Source: an uncultured virus (IMG/VR IMGVR_UViG_2795385501_000005) | Taxonomy: Duplodnaviria > Heunggongvirae > Uroviricota > Caudoviricetes | Virus record (IMG/VR): IMGVR_UViG_2795385501_000005 | Span: 1 to 64,000 of that record | Reading direction: 5' to 3' (one strand) | DNA: 64,000 nucleotides | Shown here: positions 60,414-64,000 of the stretch, piece after piece | How positions within the stretch are numbered: the stretch's first letter is position 1 | How the letters are laid out: every line of letters starts with the position of its first letter | Position numbers and translations under genes: made by a program | Notes under the pieces: generated by a model | Seen by the model: only the letters and a program-made list of their open reading frames with translations | Database searches by the model: none | What the model was told of the DNA's origin: nothing

Positions 60414-60416
60414 TAA
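59349..60416 (+). CDS. Nonapeptide-repeat phage protein (intact copy; repeats at 59715-60209)
   Basis: 355-aa ORF with its own stop codon. Confidence 0.9.
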   Translation: MSKETVITFKGFDQNLQCRGYQFEIGKTYTHEGKVEACGSGFHACECPFDVFGYYPPTNSRYAVTESFGVIDREDDGDTKIASASITITEELTLPQFIQRGIDWIWSKVDKSLEQQIMTGNQSAATNTGNWSAATNTGYQSAATNTGDWSAATNTGYQSAATNTGDRSAATNTGNQSAAINTGYWSAATNTGYRSAATNTGYQSAATNTGDRSAATNTGYRSAATNTGNWSAATNTGYQSAATNTGNWSAATNTGYRSAATNTGYQSAATNTGNRSAATNTGDWSAAEVSGSQSVAASFGDGGKAKASESGAIVLCYRNGEGELIHIRASKVGENGIKPDVWYSLNENGEFVEAE

Positions 60417-60440
60417 CCCCTCCAACTAAATAGGTGAGAT

Positions 60441-60926
60441 ATGAAAGAGGTAATTTGGAAAAATCCATCTGAACTTCCAGTTGTAAAGCGTGGAGGCGAT
60501 ATAAAAATATGGGCCGTTGTTGATATCTACCAGTATGAAATTAAATATGGCGGCCTTGGTATAGATGGAAAAGCAGAGCGAATAGCAACATTAAAAGAGG
60601 TTAATCGCCGAGTAGTTGAGTTGAATTATTTGAACGCCGAAGCAACCCATGAAGAACTGCTTTCTTTTGAAGAGAATGGTGATTTTCCACCTGGCACCCC
60701 TAGCGGCTTAGATGACTGGACTAACGAAGATGGCGAGTTTATTGGATTCACTGGCTACTACGCTCAGTACCCAGATGAAGGTCGAATGTATTTCGAAGAG
60801 TTCAAGTTAGGCGCTGATGGCAAATACCAAACAACTAGCAATTGGACTGACAAACTACCTGAGCGTGTTCTGCTAGCATGGGGAGAGTTTGAAAAGCCAA
60901 CAGTCCCTGAATCTATACCAGAATAA
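60441..60926 (+). CDS. Hypothetical protein
   Basis: RBS AGGTGAG; 161 aa. Confidence 0.7.
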   Translation: MKEVIWKNPSELPVVKRGGDIKIWAVVDIYQYEIKYGGLGIDGKAERIATLKEVNRRVVELNYLNAEATHEELLSFEENGDFPPGTPSGLDDWTNEDGEFIGFTGYYAQYPDEGRMYFEEFKLGADGKYQTTSNWTDKLPERVLLAWGEFEKPTVPESIPE

Positions 60927-61005
60927 CCCCCCCCACCAATCCCCAGAGTAAATAACTGACATCATCGTCGGTGTTTTGCTGTGGGCTAAACACAAGGAAA
61001 TGAGC

Positions 61006-61209
61006 ATGGGTATTTTATTTACCAACACAGACACAAACCCCTCAGTTGATAGCGGAAAGTCCAAAGCGGTGAAAATCGGCGACTTCACAATATCAAATTA
61101 TGCAGACGGAATAATTTGGATTGAATCCGATTCGGCTGGTGACGCTGGGTCATTTGACTTCAAAAAGTTCGAATCCGCCATTAAGTCTTTTTACGAAGCA
61201 AACTTATAA
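61006..61209 (+). CDS. Hypothetical protein
   Basis: AAGGA RBS. Confidence 0.55.
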   Translation: MGILFTNTDTNPSVDSGKSKAVKIGDFTISNYADGIIWIESDSAGDAGSFDFKKFESAIKSFYEANL

Positions 61210-61219
61210 GGAAATGAGC

Positions 61220-62235
61220 ATGAGTGATGAAAAAAAGGAACTGGCGCTCGTCACCTTGCCAGCTGAAAAAGTAGATTTGGAAGTTGCGTTACTGAATGAC
61301 AAATTCATTGATGAGCTGATTGATAACGTTCGCAAGACAGCCGGTTCAGTGGTTGGCGACCTGAATACGGCAAAGGGTCGCGGCGTTTATACACGATGGC
61401 TGACAAAGTGCGTAAATCTAAAGCAGCATTTGAGGTTCGCGCCAAAGAGTTAGTTGCTGAGCTAAAAGCACGGCCTGCTCTGATAGATGCCAACAGAAAA
61501 AAGTTTCGTGACGAACTGGATAATATTGCAGTAGCAATCCGAAAGCCGGTTACTGATTGGGAGGCCGAACAGGAACGTGTCGCAGCCGAAGAAGCTTACT
61601 CGGCCATGTGGCAGGAAGCCCATGAAATGGACGCCAGCATTACAGCAGAACGGGCAGCCAAGAAAGAGTCTGACCATGAGATGGCCCTGCTGATGAATGA
61701 CGCTTTCGACCGTGACGCCAAAGCGAAAGCTGATGAAGTTGAGCGCCTGCGGAAAGCACATGAAGAATTCATTGCTCAACAGGCAGCAGAGAAATCGAAG
61801 CGTGAAGCTGAAGAGAAAGCCAAGCGTGACATTGAAGCAGCGGAACAACGTGAACGTGATGCAAAACTAGCTCAGGAACGAGCAGAACAGGCCGCCAAGG
61901 ATGCCGCAGCCAAAGCTGAGCGTGATGCCAAGGAATTAGCTGAACGCGTCGAGCGCGAGAAGCAGGAAGCTATCGCAGCCGAGAAACTTAAAGCACAGCA
62001 GGAAGCTGAGCGAGTTCAACGTGAAGCCAAGCAGAAAGAAGATGCCCGGTTAGCTGAAGAGAAACGTGTTGCTGATGAAGCAGCCAAGCGCGCGGCTGAC
62101 GTTGAACACCGTCGCACCATCAACCGCCAAGCAGTAGCCGACTTAATTGCAAACGGATTGCCAGAAGATTGCGCACAGAAATGTGTAGCCGCTATCGCTA
62201 AGAACCTCATTTCCTCAGTTCGTATCACTTACTAA
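61220..62235 (+). pseudogene. Ala/Glu/Lys-rich coiled-coil protein, frameshifted near 61391
   Basis: MSDEKKEL..TAKGRGVY joins MADKVRKSK with one extra nucleotide. Confidence 0.65.
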
Positions 62236-62261
62236 TCAAACTTAAATTTCAGGAGCCACTC

Positions 62262-62393
62262 ATGTACCAATTCGTACTAACTGGCGATGCCGTCATGGGT
62301 CGCTATTGCCAACATCAGCCAAAAGTAAAAAACACCAATCCGTGGATCCGCTGGTTTCTCAGCATATTTCAACAGAAAGGTAATCCGCTATGA
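62262..62393 (+). CDS. CIII-like FtsH inhibitor peptide
   Basis: MYQFVLTGDAVMG..WFLSIFQQKGNPL resembles CIII termini; AGGAG RBS. Confidence 0.55.
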   Translation: MYQFVLTGDAVMGRYCQHQPKVKNTNPWIRWFLSIFQQKGNPL

Positions 62394-62686
62394 CACCTAC
62401 CGACATTACCGAAGCAAGGAAGCTTTATAGCTCATTGAACGAGCAAGATTTAGAACAAGCTGGACAAGTCGCAGAGAGGCAGGAAAAGGCACTGCGGGTT
62501 CATAACCTAATTAAAACCTTTGAACACCTCCCTGAATTCGACCGTGAAGCTTTCAATATTTTAGTTGATGAGTACGACTTCGAGGGGCTCGACACCGCAC
62601 TCTACAACGTCCTATTTGAGAATGCCAAATGGCAACAGGCGCTGGGAATACAGCGGCGACTGGCTGAGCATGATGAGGCGGCATGA
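62390..62686 (+). CDS. Hypothetical protein
   Basis: ATGA-coupled. Confidence 0.6.
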   Translation: MTPTDITEARKLYSSLNEQDLEQAGQVAERQEKALRVHNLIKTFEHLPEFDREAFNILVDEYDFEGLDTALYNVLFENAKWQQALGIQRRLAEHDEAA

Positions 62687-63504
62687 TGGAACCGGGCCAC
62701 TATCAAGATATATCAAACGAGGATTATCACTCGGGTCCGGGGGTAAGTAAGTCGCAACTGGATGATGTGGCTATTAACCCCGCAATACTTACATGGAAGA
62801 AAACAGCGCCTGTAGATACGGAAAAGCTAAAGGCGCTGGATATGGGGACAGCACTCCACTGCCTGCTACTTGAACCTGATGAGTTCGATAAGCGATTCAT
62901 CAAAGCGCCAGAGTTTAACCGGCGCACAACGGATGGTAAGGCAGCAGAAAAGGACTTTCTGAAAGAGTGCGAAGAGTCAGGGAAGACCGTAATGGACTTT
63001 GAACAGCACCGGAAGCTGGAACTGATGCAAGGGAGTGCAATGGCCCACCCGGCGGCCAGATACTTTTTAGAAGCAGAAGGATACTGCGAATCTTCAATCT
63101 ATTGGACGGATGAAGAAACATCAGAACTATGCCGGATCCGACCGGACAAGTTTCTCACCAGTCAGCCAATCATAGTGGATGTGAAAAAAGTGGCTGACAT
63201 GGATCGCTTCTCGCGACACATCGAAGAGTTCCGGTATCACGTGCAGGACGCTATGTACCGGGACGGCTATCTCAATCACTTCAACGAATACCCGACATTT
63301 CTGTTTATCGCAGTAAGCGAAACCATTAACTGTGGTCGATACCCCACCCGCGTATTTCAGCTCGATGCTGACGATGTAGCCGCTGGGCATGACCTTTACA
63401 GAAAGAACCTGCAAACCTATCACGAATGCCGACTCACCAACGAATGGGGCGGTGTAGAAACCATTTACCGCCCGGCATGGGCAAGGAAAAAGAACAATGA
63501 CTGA
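62683..63504 (+). CDS. recE: RecE-like exonuclease (PD-(D/E)XK, DUF3799)
   Basis: 'ISNEDYH..PGVSKSQLD..GTALHCLLLEP..CRIRPD..VDVK..YHVQDAMY'. Confidence 0.9.
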   Translation: MMEPGHYQDISNEDYHSGPGVSKSQLDDVAINPAILTWKKTAPVDTEKLKALDMGTALHCLLLEPDEFDKRFIKAPEFNRRTTDGKAAEKDFLKECEESGKTVMDFEQHRKLELMQGSAMAHPAARYFLEAEGYCESSIYWTDEETSELCRIRPDKFLTSQPIIVDVKKVADMDRFSRHIEEFRYHVQDAMYRDGYLNHFNEYPTFLFIAVSETINCGRYPTRVFQLDADDVAAGHDLYRKNLQTYHECRLTNEWGGVETIYRPAWARKKNND

Positions 63505-64000
63505 CATCGCCAACATCGAACTCAGCAATGAGCCAGCTATCACCAATGCGAACGTGGCTATTTTTAGCCCTCAAAATCTGATGGCCATCCAAAATTTTGC
63601 AACGCTAATGGCAAGTGGCCGGTCAACAATCCCATCGCATCTTGCCGGTAACAAAGCTGATTGCATGGCTGTTGCAATGCAAGCCGTTCAATGGGGTATG
63701 AACCCGTTTGTTGTTGCCCAGAAAACCCACGTCGTCAGCGGAACGCTGGGGTATGAGGCGCAACTGGTCAACGCGGTAATTTACGCAATGGCACCTACAA
63801 AAGACCGGATTCATTATGAATGGTTTGGCCCATGGGAAAACGTGATCGGCAAGTTCGCAGAAAAAGTTTCAAAGAACGGCAATAAATACATAGCACCAGA
63901 CTGGACTCTGGCAGACGAGAAAGGCTTAGGGATTCGAGTGTGGGCGACGATGAAGGGGGAGGATGAACCGCGCGTTCTTGAGCTTCTTCTGTCTCAGGCT
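63497..64000 (+). CDS. recT: RecT-family annealase, runs off the window edge
   Basis: 'IPSHLAG..ADCMAV.MQA.QWGMNPF.VAQKTH.V.G.LGYEAQLVNAVI'. Confidence 0.9.
   Translation, partial: MTDIANIELSNEPAITNANVAIFSPQNLMAIQNFATLMASGRSTIPSHLAGNKADCMAVAMQAVQWGMNPFVVAQKTHVVSGTLGYEAQLVNAVIYAMAPTKDRIHYEWFGPWENVIGKFAEKVSKNGNKYIAPDWTLADEKGLGIRVWATMKGEDEPRVLELLLSQA

Larger units (their letters stand above)
49973..64000. mobile_element. Prophage B early region (nin, replication, immunity, PL operon, recombination)
   Basis: Lambdoid gene order. Confidence 0.95.

Overview
Almost the whole window is temperate lambdoid phage DNA from an Enterobacterales host; the only host DNA is a Yersinia-like amiB-mutL fragment. 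It holds pieces of two related but heteroimmune prophages. Phage A (1-~37950) runs from the tail fibre through a P22-immI-like mnt/arc/sar/ant locus, a contractile-tail baseplate/tail/head module, terminase, lysis genes, tRNA-Gly, Q, the nin region, DnaC-type replication, cII/cro/cI and the start of the PL operon. A 1.6 kb host fragment follows (5'-truncated amiB, 3'-truncated mutL). Phage B pieces come next: a head module (39580-44810), a near-identical copy of the phage A lysis block, an invertible-type tail-fibre cassette (47497-49972), then nin, DnaB-type replication, immunity, N and RecET genes (49973-64000). Abrupt mid-gene junctions, two near-identical multi-kb duplications, N bases and single-base frameshifts suggest a mis-joined or collapsed assembly of co-resident prophages. 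The most interesting signals are: (i) a cI-distal cassette bounded by 16-bp direct repeats, carrying a membrane protein and a divergently encoded 34-aa peptide that resembles its own TM helix; (ii) a sieB-slot module (direct-repeat promoter plus a covarying H-type pseudoknot) inserted at the 3' end of N, with different cargo in the two phages; (iii) an N-like antiterminator with a C2H2 zinc finger at its N-terminus and a non-boxB leader motif; (iv) a Nudix hydrolase fused to a head-maturation protein; (v) one beta-domain inserted into three different virion proteins. No integrase, invertase, reverse transcriptase or CRISPR array is visible. Family assignments are from motif recognition and memory, not database searches.
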